Part shown: positions 12,508 to 25,093 of the stretch, one piece after another
Layout of the letters: each line of letters begins with the position of its first letter
Numbering within the stretch: position 1 is the first letter of the stretch
DNA from: Parasitella parasitica NRRL 2501
Taxonomy: Eukaryota; Fungi; Mucoromycota
Assembly (NCBI GenBank): GCA_025201805.1
Contig: MU619255.1
Location: 252,495-316,494, forward strand
Length of the DNA stretch: 64,000 nt
Direction: 5' to 3'
Notes under the pieces: model-generated
Database searches by the model: none
What the model saw: the letters and a program-made list of their open reading frames with translations, nothing else
Told to the model about the DNA's origin: nothing
Made by a program: the position numbers and the translations under genes

Positions 12508-14413
12508 CAGATATCATCTCAACAAAATAAGTTTTAATATATCCTAATTACAATAAACTTTATCACGTGATCATGATTTACATTACCCGATGTATCTCCC
12601 AGTAACCATGGTATTAAAGAGACTATTTGTTTTTGTAAACCACAAAAACTAAACTACCAGATTCACTCACTATTTTCATTAGTTTTTTATATTCATAAAG
12701 ACTGTTAAAAATTTTAACTATTCACAAATAGTCTATAATATCTATTTTGATAAGAAAATGCCATCGTTTTATACTAGATTATATCTCTATTGTAACACTA
12801 TTTGTCATTATGGTTAAATATTGAACTTGGCATGTAATACCAAGTTAGATACTTGTTATATTGTACATAAATAGCTTATTTCTTGTCAGTGTGTACAAAA
12901 AATTACCAATATAATAGCTGCTTAATCTCATGTCTTTCTGACACAACAAAAACTCACTTTCATTAGCATCGTATTTCGTATCTACATGTAAAATAACTAA
13001 ACCCAAATTTTGATGGCAATCTTGGCTTTTTATGCCAGAACGTAATTCATGTAAAGGTGATGGGTCTTTATGTGGCAATTTTTGGTTTACTTGCATCCAA
13101 ACTCAACAATAAGCGTTTATTTGCAAAATAGCTATTATTTCCCAATGAATTAAGTAAAGAGACCACAATAAAATAGAATCACGGTGAACGTAGGATCTTT
13201 ATTATCAAATAAAAGGAAATCAAAAACTCTGGTCTTGAATTTCTTTCTTATTCATAGACCCCAATTTCATCTGTATGTCATTTAAATGGTATTAGAGAAC
13301 CTGTATTAACTATTATCCTAATAAAGCGCAACCTTTTAAACAATTCTAGCATTATAATAAAAATAAATAAGCTTAAGATTAAAAGATTACACAAGACTTT
13401 TACTTTCACAATAAGCCCAGGTAAGTCTGCAAAAATCTTGAAAGTAGAATTCCTCTTTGAGAAGCTCCGAATATCTGAATAAAAGACATTGCGGTTCTCT
13501 TCATACTAAGATGATGCAAACCCCACATTACACCTTAATAAATTATGGGTGTGATGAGCTACACAAAATGTCCTTCTTCATCGAATAAAACGATATTCAG
13601 ATGCTATTCCAAGGAATCTGATACTAGGTTTTTTCTCAGATCCCATTGTCCTGGTTTTTAAACGTCTTAATACACTTCCATTTGAACCTCCAGTTAATAG
13701 GCAAAAACTGACATCCACTGCATAAGACTTTTGATCTAGATTTAAATATAATACATTAGTTAGTTTGTTGATTTCTATTGTTTGGAGGATTCTCTTGGGA
13801 TGTTTTGTGCCGCAATTCTAAAAGGAAAATTCTATGGCATTCTATCGTATCGGCCATACCTTTGTTATCTTATCTTGTGACATACCATCTATGCCATATA
13901 TTTCACCCAATCAAATAAGCTCATTTCTGCCTATGGGTATATTTGCATAGTCCAAAATAATCATATATGCATCCAATCAATCTAATTCATTTAAATGTTT
14001 GTCATTTTGGCGTACTTTAATGAACTATTATACGTAAGAAATTCTTTATTACAGAAATATATTATTATTTGCAAACTAGATCAATGCTGTCTAGACTTGG
14101 TCAACAACCCAATACAAGCTTCGATTGCTATATTTTATTTGAAGGTGTTATTAATTCCTCCGATGGCTATATTTGAAAATCCCAAAAGAAAGCTTTGCTG
14201 CGGAACAAATCATGATACAGTACAATAGATTTGCCTGTCAAGATAAATTTTGACATTTCAAATATGAACTTTAAATCCACTATAAGATGTATTCGGTGAC
14301 AATTATATCCTTCTAGTTTATTGTGAAATTATACCATAGTGTTTAAAGAGAAGCGAATCTCATATTGCTTCCTATGACTCATTCCTTTCCAGCTGACATA
14401 CTCGTCCACGTAG

Positions 14414-14427
14414 GTAACCATGGTAAC
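14414..14427 (+). promoter_or_regulatory. Putative RFX X-box upstream of the arrestin gene
   Basis: GTAACCATGGTAAC fits GTNRCC-N0-3-RGYAAC; TATATAAA at 14545-14552; ATG at 14609. Confidence 0.4.
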
Positions 14428-14608
14428 AAGGTAACACTAGGTTGTCCTTCCCCGTCACTGTGCCTGAGAATGTATAACGATCTGACATATTGTCATCTAT
14501 TCGATTATTCATCAATATGGGACGGTTTCGCTCCTGATGCTGCATATATAAATATAAGAGCAATGTAGATCTTTTATTTTTTTCAAACCTAATTTCTTGA
14601 ATCAAAAA

Positions 14609-16627
14609 ATGCCTCTCCCAAATTATCACATAATCCCATCAGCAACAGCGAAAAAAGAGGTTTTGAAGGTCATTTTAGATGAGCCTCGTCTTTACGTCGA
14701 AGAATCATTGGGATCAGTCATGGTTCGAGGTGAAGTTATAGTCAATTTCCCTAGAGATACTCAAATACAAGGTCCCATTGAATTATTGTTTGAGGGTATT
14801 CAACGATTTCAGCCATGGTCATGTAAGTTTTTGTGTTGTGCATGATTCGTTTGATAAGAAACACTGATAGATCTCATAGTGATCATGCGTGGTGCACCGA
14901 CTGGCTCTTCAATTGAAACCAAACTACAGGTTGTTGAGTTGTCACTATTGCCTCCAAATTCCAAAGGAATAATGCCTGCTGGCACACAGCGATTTCCATT
15001 TGAATTCCCAATTCCTGCTTCATTACCTACATCAGTGTATATCAAAGATCGACTCGAAATCTTTTATCAGATGAGCGCGACTCTTTCCCGCTCATCTCGA
15101 AATGACATTGATAATAATGACGCTCTAGTAAATCCTATCCATTGGGTAGATTGGGCTCGTCGAAATACTATATTTAAAAAGAAGTATACTGCCTGCTCAC
15201 CGTTAAGAATTGTTCGTGCTATGGAATCAATTGTTTCAAATGGTTTACCGGCGGTAACAACAACAGCAGCAACAGCAGCAGCAGCAACCACAGGAACAAT
15301 ATCAGCAGTAACTTCCAATACAAACACACCTTTATCATCATCAAATGCAGAACCAACAGAAGAGTCTGAAGCGGAGACTGCCAGTATACCAATTAGTCAA
15401 CGTAGCGTGCAGCCATGGAATCGACGTGGCTTGGATGCCTATCAAGGGACGTACGACGAACAGCATGATCAGCTGGCCTCATCATTTGCAGGCCGAGCTT
15501 CGGGCAATCTAAATCAGCCAATTCACACTTTGAGTGGTGTCGAAGGAATTCGATACAAGATTAGCGTTGATCGTACTGCTATTGCTCTTGGTACAAGTAT
15601 CGGTGTTGAATTAATGATTGAGCCTGTCTATACAGATGCTGTCATCAAATCTGTTCTCCTTAAGGTCGCTGAAACTCGTAGATATGCCATGAAGGTGCCT
15701 GCTGGCCATACTTGGGACAGCAATACGCCTGAAACCAAGAAAATGAATGAAGCGGTTACTTTGGTGCTGAAATGGGCCGACGGCTATCAATTTGAAGACG
15801 AAGAAGACGAAAGTCGTGTCCACAAGCAAAGCAAGTCTTCTTCCTCCAACAAAAAAGGTGAACGGTATCTTCATCAACGTGTACAGAATAGCCAATATTT
15901 AGCTTATTTTGATCCGCCATTGCCTGGCTGTCCTGAAGGCAAGCAATTTCTCAACAGTACGTTTGACAAGAAGAAGAAATTCGTTGGCGAAATGCAAGAA
16001 CATGAAGCCTCTTCCTCTACGGCTGATCGAGATATGGTCAATCTCAAGGAATTAAATCAACCTATCAAAGTGGGCGAGTATTTCGGTGGTCGCTTTGTGG
16101 TACCTATGCCAGACTGCTCCCATATTTTACATCCTAGTATGGACTATGAGTCTATCAAAATTAGTCATTGGATGCAACTGGTTGTTAGCATCGAAAGCAA
16201 CGGGAAAACATTTGATCTGCTCTTAGAATCGCCTGCTCGTATCTTGGATTGCCGTTTAGTAGCTGATGATGAGTGTCAGACGGTTTTGCCTCCTCCTCCA
16301 TCCTACCAGCCAGGCGATGGTCATCTTTATCATGAAAATAATTGGTCACAAAGCACTTTTTGGGAGCAAAGAGAACCCATTACCTTTGTCTCAGGTTGGG
16401 GATCTTGTGTGCCTTGTCCCTGTGAATACAAGAAATTAAAAGCGGTGAATGCATCGAAGAAACCTCCTTCTAGACTCCAAGTAAGATACGGTACCACCAC
16501 AACCAGTCCAAGCAACGGCAAAGGCAGTGGCAACAACAACAACAACAATAATCAAAATAATGCTGACAGTTGTCCCTCATCTCATTTGCCTGAATGGGGA
16601 CCACCTCCTTGCTACTCTGAAGATTGA
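14609..16627 (+). CDS. Alpha-arrestin (Rsp5/Nedd4 adaptor-like)
   Basis: Intron 14823-14879; GTQRFPFEFPIPASLPTS arrestin-N signature, IKISHWMQLVVSI arrestin-C strand, PPxY motifs PPPPSY and PPPCY. Confidence 0.88.
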
Positions 16628-16978
16628 TCTGGACCCATCCCCCTTTATATTATTACTCTAAACTAATGCTATAACAACGATAACAGTAACATTCATAAAT
16701 GTACTTCTATCGGCTATATATCTCTGCGCAAATGTAAATACTGATTTTTGAATAAATAATGTGCCAATCTTTTATGCACCAAATCCACTTTTCGCCTCTC
16801 CTGACTCATCCTGCTGTTAGTAACGTTGCCAAGGAGTTCCCCGAAAGCGATAAATAACATCATCTTCATTCATCGCTTCTCCCTTCGCAACCCCCTGATG
16901 CATATGCATACACTATATAATCCGAGGTTTACGACAACTCTTTTTCATTCAACTCTTTACATATTAATTCACAAAAAG

Positions 16979-17230
16979 ATGCCATCAACAAACAATATTA
17001 TTATTCTTCTCTCTGTCCTTTCACTGTTATTTGTTGTCAATGCTTTTAAACAAAATAACGATATTGCTCCTCTTCAGAGACTCAGTAAGAGAGAATGTGG
17101 GTTCAATTGCCAAAATCAAGATTCTTGCAATTCAAAATGTGGAAAACATGACGAAAGCTTGCACTTGGGGCTCTATTTTGGTGTCTGCCATCGTGGTATT
17201 TGCTTCTGTGGATGGATTCCTGAAAATTAA
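16979..17230 (+). CDS. Secreted defensin-like (CS-alpha-beta) peptide precursor, 83 aa
   Basis: Signal peptide (IIILLSVLSLLFVVNA), propeptide ending in KR, mature C-X5-C-X3-C-X15-C-X4-C-X-C with GxC; TATATAA near 16914. Confidence 0.8.
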   Translation: MPSTNNIIILLSVLSLLFVVNAFKQNNDIAPLQRLSKRECGFNCQNQDSCNSKCGKHDESLHLGLYFGVCHRGICFCGWIPEN

Positions 17231-17751
17231 TTCGCTGTGATGTGGGCCTTGCACACATGCTTTGCAAGCGACAAGTTCCATTTAAGCAAGCGACAATATT
17301 TCACCAAATCATACTGCCTTGTTGCTTTAATGGAGCTTTTTATGTAGCTTTAAAAATAACTAATAAATTCACTAGCAAAAAAAAAAAAAAAAAAGAGCAC
17401 AAAGATGTAATATAGTTGTTGGGTAAAAAAAGTCATATGTGATGGTGTTGAAAGTTTGGCGTACCGATTCTTACTAAATCCTCAAACAACACATCTTTGC
17501 TTTGGTTTTATTAGTCTTTCTCCCAAAATATAAACAAATACGTTAACAGTATAACAATGAGAATAGTCTAAACTCTGTAGCTACGACTTTCGTTGAAGAT
17601 GTGCTAGGAACACTAATAAATCGATACCAATCCCAGTTATCCCACAAAAAGTCGACCAATAACAGTTTACTGCAAAAACATGCACACCAATTAAATAAAT
17701 GTACTCCTCTCTTTCTCTCCTCGTCGTTTTTCTCAGTCAACTTATATATAA

Positions 17752-18804
17752 ATGAAAAGATTCGAAACCACGGCAGAAAACAAACCGGGAAAGGGGATTG
17801 TGATATGTTCCTGCTACAATGAACGCTCCAAGTTCGAACGTATACATGCCCAGTATCCACTCAAATTTATTCCTACCACGGGGCATGCAGATCGTTTGGC
17901 AGTAGTGTACATGTTGAGCTACGGTGGTGGGGTCATCAGTGGTGACACTTTTTCAATCGAAATGACGGTCAACACAAATGCCATTTTGCTACTAATGACA
18001 CAAGGCAATACCAAGATCTTTAAAGATCGTGTGCACCAGAGACTTTGGCTGGCATCTCTACAGCAACAGCAATCCAGTGTGCCTACCATTTCGTTTTCCA
18101 GTCTGTTGCCCTCGTTAGATACCATTACAGGACTATTTAAGACACCAGAGCCGCCCAAAAAAGTAGCACCTTCAGTACAAATCATCAATTCCATGGTAAC
18201 AGCGCAGGCCACACTATTAGTGATCCCCGATCCAGTGACCTGCTTCCGCGATTCATCATTTCAGTCAAAACAGCTCTTCGAATTACAGGACGATTCATCG
18301 CAATTAGTACTGCTGGATTGGTTTACAAGTGGTCGTATTACTCGAGGCGAGAGCTGGTCTTTTCGCCATTACTCCAGTCGCATCGACATCAAAATTGCTG
18401 GAAAATGGGTCATCAAGGACGCCATGGTGTTGGAAGACGAACAGTACATGAAACGTTTGGATCCCAGAGTAGAGGATGAAACAGCTTATGCTGCCCGTTT
18501 GAAGCCGTACTTGTGTTTTGCAACTTTGGTCATCATTGCAAAATCAAATGGCTCGTTAATGAAGAGTGTGGACCGAATCCAGCGGAAATCTGAGGAAATG
18601 AGATTGTTGCCACTGACGCTGAAATCAGACGAGGATAGAAAAGTGCTGTGGTCTGTGAGTCCTATTCTCAAGGGCAGAGGTGTGCTTGTGCGTGTGGCTG
18701 GCATGACAACAGAGCAAGTGAGGGATTTTGTCAAGCTAGAGTGTCTGAAGGAAGGGTTAGTTGGGATCATTGGCGACGGCATGTTTAGTAAAGTGCTTGT
18801 GTAA
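17752..18804 (+). CDS. ureD: Urease accessory protein UreD
   Basis: Intronless ORF with YPLKFI, YMLSYGGGVISGD, TQGNTKIFK, PDPVTCF, LLDWFTSGRITRGESWSF. Confidence 0.95.
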   Translation: MKRFETTAENKPGKGIVICSCYNERSKFERIHAQYPLKFIPTTGHADRLAVVYMLSYGGGVISGDTFSIEMTVNTNAILLLMTQGNTKIFKDRVHQRLWLASLQQQQSSVPTISFSSLLPSLDTITGLFKTPEPPKKVAPSVQIINSMVTAQATLLVIPDPVTCFRDSSFQSKQLFELQDDSSQLVLLDWFTSGRITRGESWSFRHYSSRIDIKIAGKWVIKDAMVLEDEQYMKRLDPRVEDETAYAARLKPYLCFATLVIIAKSNGSLMKSVDRIQRKSEEMRLLPLTLKSDEDRKVLWSVSPILKGRGVLVRVAGMTTEQVRDFVKLECLKEGLVGIIGDGMFSKVLV

Positions 18805-19887
18805 ATAGCCCTTCAATAAAAGGATGATAGACTTATTATGTAAAAATATAATGACGTCTGGTGACCTTGAAAACGCTGTGGTAAAACTTGTATCAAATAT
18901 GTCCTGATCAAAAGGACGCGACTGGTACAAGCAATCCAAGCGATTCGGTTAATTCCAAGCAAGCGTATGCTGTGATCTGCCCAATTTGAGATGAGCCAAT
19001 TCAAAATAAGCCGTCTACAAACACTGCTATATTTATGGAGATGGAGGTATGGAGTCTTAGGGGTTGCTAATGAGACTCGGATAGGTCTGTTCTCAATTAT
19101 GCAGCCTTTGCATTTCGTTCAACGCATGAAGCTGGTCAAGTCGATGGTTAAACTCGACATACTCGTAGCCACGAGGCTGTGTTTTTCTGGGGATTTTTCA
19201 TGGTTTTTACTGATCTGCAGAAACCTACATTGGTTGAAAAATGCGCTATATTATTATAGTTTCAACAAAGGATTTCCTTTGCCGGTATGCTGGTGGCCGC
19301 ACTTGTTACCAGTAGTTGCTCAGAACCACCCATAGCTGATGTCATAAAGAAATAACGAGTGTCTGGGCTGTCTCTTCTCTATTATTACCTGATGTTAGTA
19401 AGCAGCACATCATTATACATGTAGACACGTTTGTACCTTTTGTCAATCAAACTACCTCCTGAAGCCAATTTAATCTAAATGTGCATGATGCCTTTCCGTT
19501 AAACTTAAAGTGTACCTTGTGCAGCTGATATCGAACTGATGGTTTTGAAAGTAATTATTTCTTTATACGTCTGCATAATCCAAAGACACACCTACGATCT
19601 CGACTTGTTTCGAATCATTTCAACTACTACATCAAACATGCAAACGAAGCCAAAGTCGCTGGAAATAGGCCACGTCCGGATCTTCCATCCTATTTTATAA
19701 ACATACATTTACGGTTTTATTTAGTCTATTTGAATGCACCCAAGCAAGCCAATGCTAATGTGGTCTTGCCGTGCTGGAATGTTAAGAAACAATAGGAAAA
19801 GAGGCGTCTAATGTCTGAAACACAACGTCTGTTTGTTACAGCCATTGGCACAAGAACCGATTGAGCATGTATAGTATGTTGAATTGG

Positions 19888-21157
19888 CTAGACGAGGCCT
19901 TGATCTTTCATGACCTGATAAGCTTACAAAGTGAGTATACAAAAAAGAATAGACTCAATTCATTTGCTTTTACCTGATACATGGTAGCACCAATCTTGGC
20001 AGGAGAGGGAGTAACTACAACTCCTGCTCTCTCAAGTGCCTTGACTTTATCACTTGCTCCTTCTTTTCCACCAGATATGATTGCACCAGCATGGCCTATG
20101 TATCCATTGATATTGGCAAGTCAGCAAGGCAAAAATCAAATAAAAATACCCATTCGACGTCCTGGAGGCGCCATCATGCCAGCAATGAACGAAACAACAG
20201 GCTTTGGCATGTATTTTTGTTTGAGGTTGTAGTCTTTTAAAAACGCAGCAGCGTCTTCTTCAGCTGAACCGCCAATTTCTCCTATTAGAACAATACCCTC
20301 AGTGTTTTTGTCGTGAAGCAGCACCTTTAAAACGTCAATAAAGGTAGCGCCATTCAGAGGGTCACCCCCAATTTCAATGCACAGCGTTTGTCCAAGCCCA
20401 GCATGGGTTATTTGTTGCACTGCTTCGTAGGTCAACGTACCTGATCTAGATACGACGCCTATTTTACCCTGTCGGATGATGCTGCCGGGCATGATGCCGA
20501 TTTTACACTCGCCAGCGCGGATCAATCCAGGGCAATTGGGCCCTACCAGACGACTTTTGCTTTGCGTCAGCAACGCTTGCTTGACACGCATCATGTCACG
20601 TATGGGAATGCCTTCTGTAATAGCCACAATGAGTCCGATATCGGCCTCAACAGCTTCCATAATGGCCTCAGCGGCAAACGGTGGTGGTACGTATACAACA
20701 GACGCATCTGGCTTGGTTTCATTAACAGCCTACATCTGCATTTAGTATTTTTGGTTGACATATGCGTGCATTTGCTTGCCTTCTGTACTGAACCAAATAC
20801 TGGTAGTCCTAAATGTGTTGTACCAGCCTTTTTGGGTGATACACCACCGACCATCTTGGTGCCGTATTCGATAGCTTCTTCCGAATGAAATGTGCCCTAA
20901 ATGTTTACATGCATATAAGCTGTGAATGTCACACATGCATGATCCCACAATACAAGAAAGTCTACTTGTTTACCAGCAAAGCCTTGACTAATAACTTTAG
21001 TATTTTTGTTCACTAGCAAGTTCTTCAATGTAGATTCGTAGCTGCTAGTGGTTAATTGCCTGACTAAACTCCAGTGTGGTTAGACGTATGTATAACAGCA
21101 TGTTTCATCCAAGTTTGTACTACTTTTATTAGCCTGCTTGATTGAATTCTTGAGCAT
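19888..21157 (-). CDS. LSC1: Succinyl-CoA ligase alpha subunit, mitochondrial
   Basis: [44 protein letters not shown] with the catalytic His; six exons. Confidence 0.96.
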
Positions 21158-21270
21158 TTCGAGTTGAATTAACAGCAAAAACAACGAATGAAGAGACTAA
21201 AACATGCAAGGACTTATCTCTCTTTTTATTTTGAAACATGAATTGATATGGTAAAAGACAGGTTTCATAA

Positions 21271-22296
21271 TTACTTTCTAGCTAATAAAGTTGCCAACTG
21301 ATCGCTGTCGTTGCTGTATCTTGATTGCAGATTTGCAGTGGCTGTCGTCGTTGCAGTGGATGACGACGATGATGCTGATGAGGATGAAGCTGAAGAGGAT
21401 GAGCCACCGGTACTGCCATCATTGTTGCCTGCATTGCATGTGCCATTGTCATCTAAATATGGCTTCTTGATTTCGTCTGAAAACGACACTCTTCGCTGAT
21501 GCTGCCTTGTCGACTTTATTGTTGGCTGCTCTTTGGCTTCTTTCCGAGCTGCTTCTTGTAGCATGGCACATTTGAACTTGTAATTAATGTTGGCTCGACT
21601 TCTTAAGAACATAAAAAACTCTGATAGCTTGGAGAAATCCCAGTCTTTTGTGAACTCTTGTATAAATCTCTCCCTCTTTTTGATGCATGTTGTGTACGGC
21701 GCAGAAATCAGAATTGTGGTGATTAATGTAGCTGTGAAATGGGTCGCCCACTGTAGCGTTAATTTCCTGAGGAGCTTGGCCCTTTTTACGTCACCTAATA
21801 GTTGTTTAATTGTTTAATGTTTGCAAACGCAACGAAACTATCAGTAAATACCTTCTTCATCAATCCAGTCTGCTGTCACATGTCTCACCAATATGCTAGT
21901 AGATTCCCATCGCCAATCTGTGGATAACCATTCCAGTGCGTTTATGATCCTTTCCAATGGATAGTCGTTTGCAATACGATGCAAATAAACAGATGTGACC
22001 AATACGTTTTCTTCTGATTTCAGCCATGCATGAAATGTTGCATCATAGTTTGAGTCCATTTTCTTGATGTTGGCTGATACGTCTTTCCAGCAATCTGATG
22101 ATGATGGTGATAATGTGGACGTTGCAGTCGCAGCAGGTGCGGTATCTAATTGGTGCACAACATCAATAAACAATCTGTGCTCTGTTTTCTTCTCTTTTTC
22201 TCGAACTGTACCTGTCCTCTTTTTAGACCCTGCCCAGTCGCATATTTTCTCTCTTCGAGGCGTAGTATTCAGTTGCGTCGAGAAAATAAAAGACAT
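21271..22296 (-). CDS. Hypothetical protein with Trp-periodic helical repeats
   Basis: Two exons joined in frame by GT-AG intron 21795-21851; no recognised family. Confidence 0.75.
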
Positions 22297-23358
22297 ATTG
22301 ATATATTATGGCAAGGAAACAAAGAAAAAAATAGGAAAAAGGGGTAAAAGGGAAGGAAAGAGAGAGAGAGATATATATAAAGATATCCTAATACTGCTCC
22401 CTCCATACAACGGGTCTCGAAATCATTAATAAATATTGATGTAAATCATGAGTAACAATTGGATTCAGGGGCACTTCTAAATCCCAGGTTAACCAGTGGT
22501 TCCAGTGGTGCGGTTACCTTGTTTCCTTCCTTCACTATTGAATCAAAACAGATATGAACACAGATGTTCTGATTATATCTCCAAGAGCTAGAGTTCTTGA
22601 TATACACACAGTTGATTCAGTATGCTGATGCGGAAATGGTTCAAATTTACTTTTAAATTCCACAAATAGCAACATGCAAATGTAGTGCTGCACCAAAAGC
22701 CAATATAACAAATGTAAAAAGGAGCAAGAAATATATATATAGTATATTTAGTTAAGTGTAGTCAAAATATCACAAGAGCGAAAGGAAGCCTTTTTATCCT
22801 TGACCATCTTTTTGACGAAAGCATTCTACCGGACTCTTCGATATCTTTGCAATTTTGGACTAATAATTTGCGAATGTATTCAGCCATTCCTTCTCTGTTA
22901 ACTCTTTTTTGTTGTTGCGCCTAATATCCAAAGTAAGTTTGTTGCTCCAGCGATAAGGCACTGCATAATGAAAATGTTCTTCGGCAAACACAATTATTGT
23001 GGTCGTACGCGGGGTATTTGCATATATTATATGCACTTGTAGGTGATAGAGTTCATCGGCCTCAGATCCTTTTTTTGTTTAATCAAGCAGACTCAATTAT
23101 AGCATTGGACAAACCCCTCTCCCCTTTTTTTTGAATAGTTCTTATCTCCTTGATTAGATGAATATTGGCGTCGACGCTGTTAGGAGATGGTTAACTACGT
23201 TTGACTATAGTATTGACGTCAGTAATCAAGCGTAAACATATTCTAAATAACAGCTATTCGTTTTTACATAGTTGTTAAAAAATCTATCCAAAATTGTATT
23301 TGGTTGTTAATCCAGCCATTTCCAGAGTATATACTCTTATAGAAATCTTGGCTAGGAC

Positions 23359-24592
23359 CATTTTGATACTCTCAAGGCTGCCAGACACTGTAAAATACAA
23401 AGCGCATATGTACCAAATAACATTAATCACTTGCATTGTATCCAAAAAAAAAAAAGCCGAAGCAGCTATTAGATCAAAAGTTATTGATCACAATAACCAA
23501 TGCTCCTCTTTAAAAACATCAAAATGTCCAAAAATCACAGATTTTAGCCGCCTATTATTATGATATCTAGATCGATAGGTCATTATAAAGGTATACCTTT
23601 AGGTTCTAAAATTTACTTTTGGTATTCTGTTTCTTTTGAATTAACTTCTTGAGTTTCTTGTTATATTTGATTGACAATGGAGCTAACGTTGATGAAGTTG
23701 CTCAAACTAGAATTGTTGTCATCTCCAATATACAATGTACATGTTTTATCGTTGTTCTTTACATTATAAAAACTGAGAGTATATGATATTGCATATTATT
23801 TACTTCATGTTGTTAACTTCATGTTATTTATTATTTTATTTTATCTTGACTTGCAGGCTGTATCAAAAGAAACTGAGTTTCAATTGATTTGTGGCCAAGA
23901 TTTCTTTTCTGGATCGATTTGATCGTTCCATTGACGATTCTGCTTCTATCAACACAAATTAATACATTAACCTTGAGTACATCTCTAAGCTTACTAGTGG
24001 GTAATTTTATGATTAATCCACTGGTATAATTTTTATTAAAAAATATTGCTTATATATTGAGATATCTCTAAAAAACCCCAAAACCGATTTTTTAAAAAAA
24101 GGTGAGTATTTTACATATAGAACATCAAAACAAAAGCTTTGAGGCAATGTAGTAGTTTGATAAAGCTTATTTGAGCTTAGAAACACTATAGTAAAAAATG
24201 CTGATTTTGGGGTCAAAAAGCATCAAACGTCCAAACCTCCGTTTTTGACGCATACTTGCAAGGCAAATTTTCAACTTTTTCATCGATTTTCAAAGTATCT
24301 CCAAATTGGCTAAAACTAACATATGTATAATATCCTAATCATAGATGATGATTGAGCATAATTTTGAGCTTACAAACGGTCTAGGATTCATAATAACAGG
24401 CGGCTAAAATCTGTGATTTTTGGACATTTTGATGCTTTCAAAGAGGAGCATAGGTTATTGTGATTAATAATTTTTGATCTAATAGTTGTTTCGGCTTTTT
24501 TTTTTTTGGATACAATGCAAGTGATTAATGTTATTTGGTACATATGCGCTTTGTATTTTACAGTGTCTGGCAGCCTTGAGGATATCAAAATG
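23359..24592. mobile_element. Non-autonomous element with ~205-bp inverted repeats (MITE/foldback-like)
   Basis: 23359-23563 is the reverse complement of 24388-24592 with about 10 mismatches; non-coding interior; no target-site duplication found. Confidence 0.75.
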
Positions 24593-25093
24593 ATGTTAAT
24601 CTCAATATTTTAGATGTATATTAATTTAAAAAACAAGATATCTGTAGCCAGATCAACAAGTAGATTTGTTTTCTCGATGGAATTCCATTAGACTTTGAAA
24701 CGACTACCTTTCTTCGAGTGGAAATGGCAATACCTGAAGACACTGCTTCATTTTGGATAAAATAAGTGGCCGGGCCATGACAAAGAAGCAAAAGTTTTTT
24801 TTATGGTCTCCGGCCGAACCAAGTTTTTTTTAGGCTACTAGTGAAGGCAGATTGATGTATCGTTAAGCCGTTCTCTTTTCACTTACTGGTCATTTGTATG
24901 TATAAGTTTTGATAATGAAGGATACATCCATCTGTTATTATATAATAGAGATGGATGCACAAGATAATGGTGATAAAGTACTAATCTCTTCTATTTTTTT
25001 TCTTCTAAAAAAAATCAACACCCACCTTTCAACCTCAACATTTTTTCTATAATTCAACAACCATACATCACTAAAACAACCAATTTATAGATC

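Noticed and set aside
23294-24588. Pair of near-identical small ORFs on opposite strands
   Set aside because: By-product of the inverted repeat; no coding signature.
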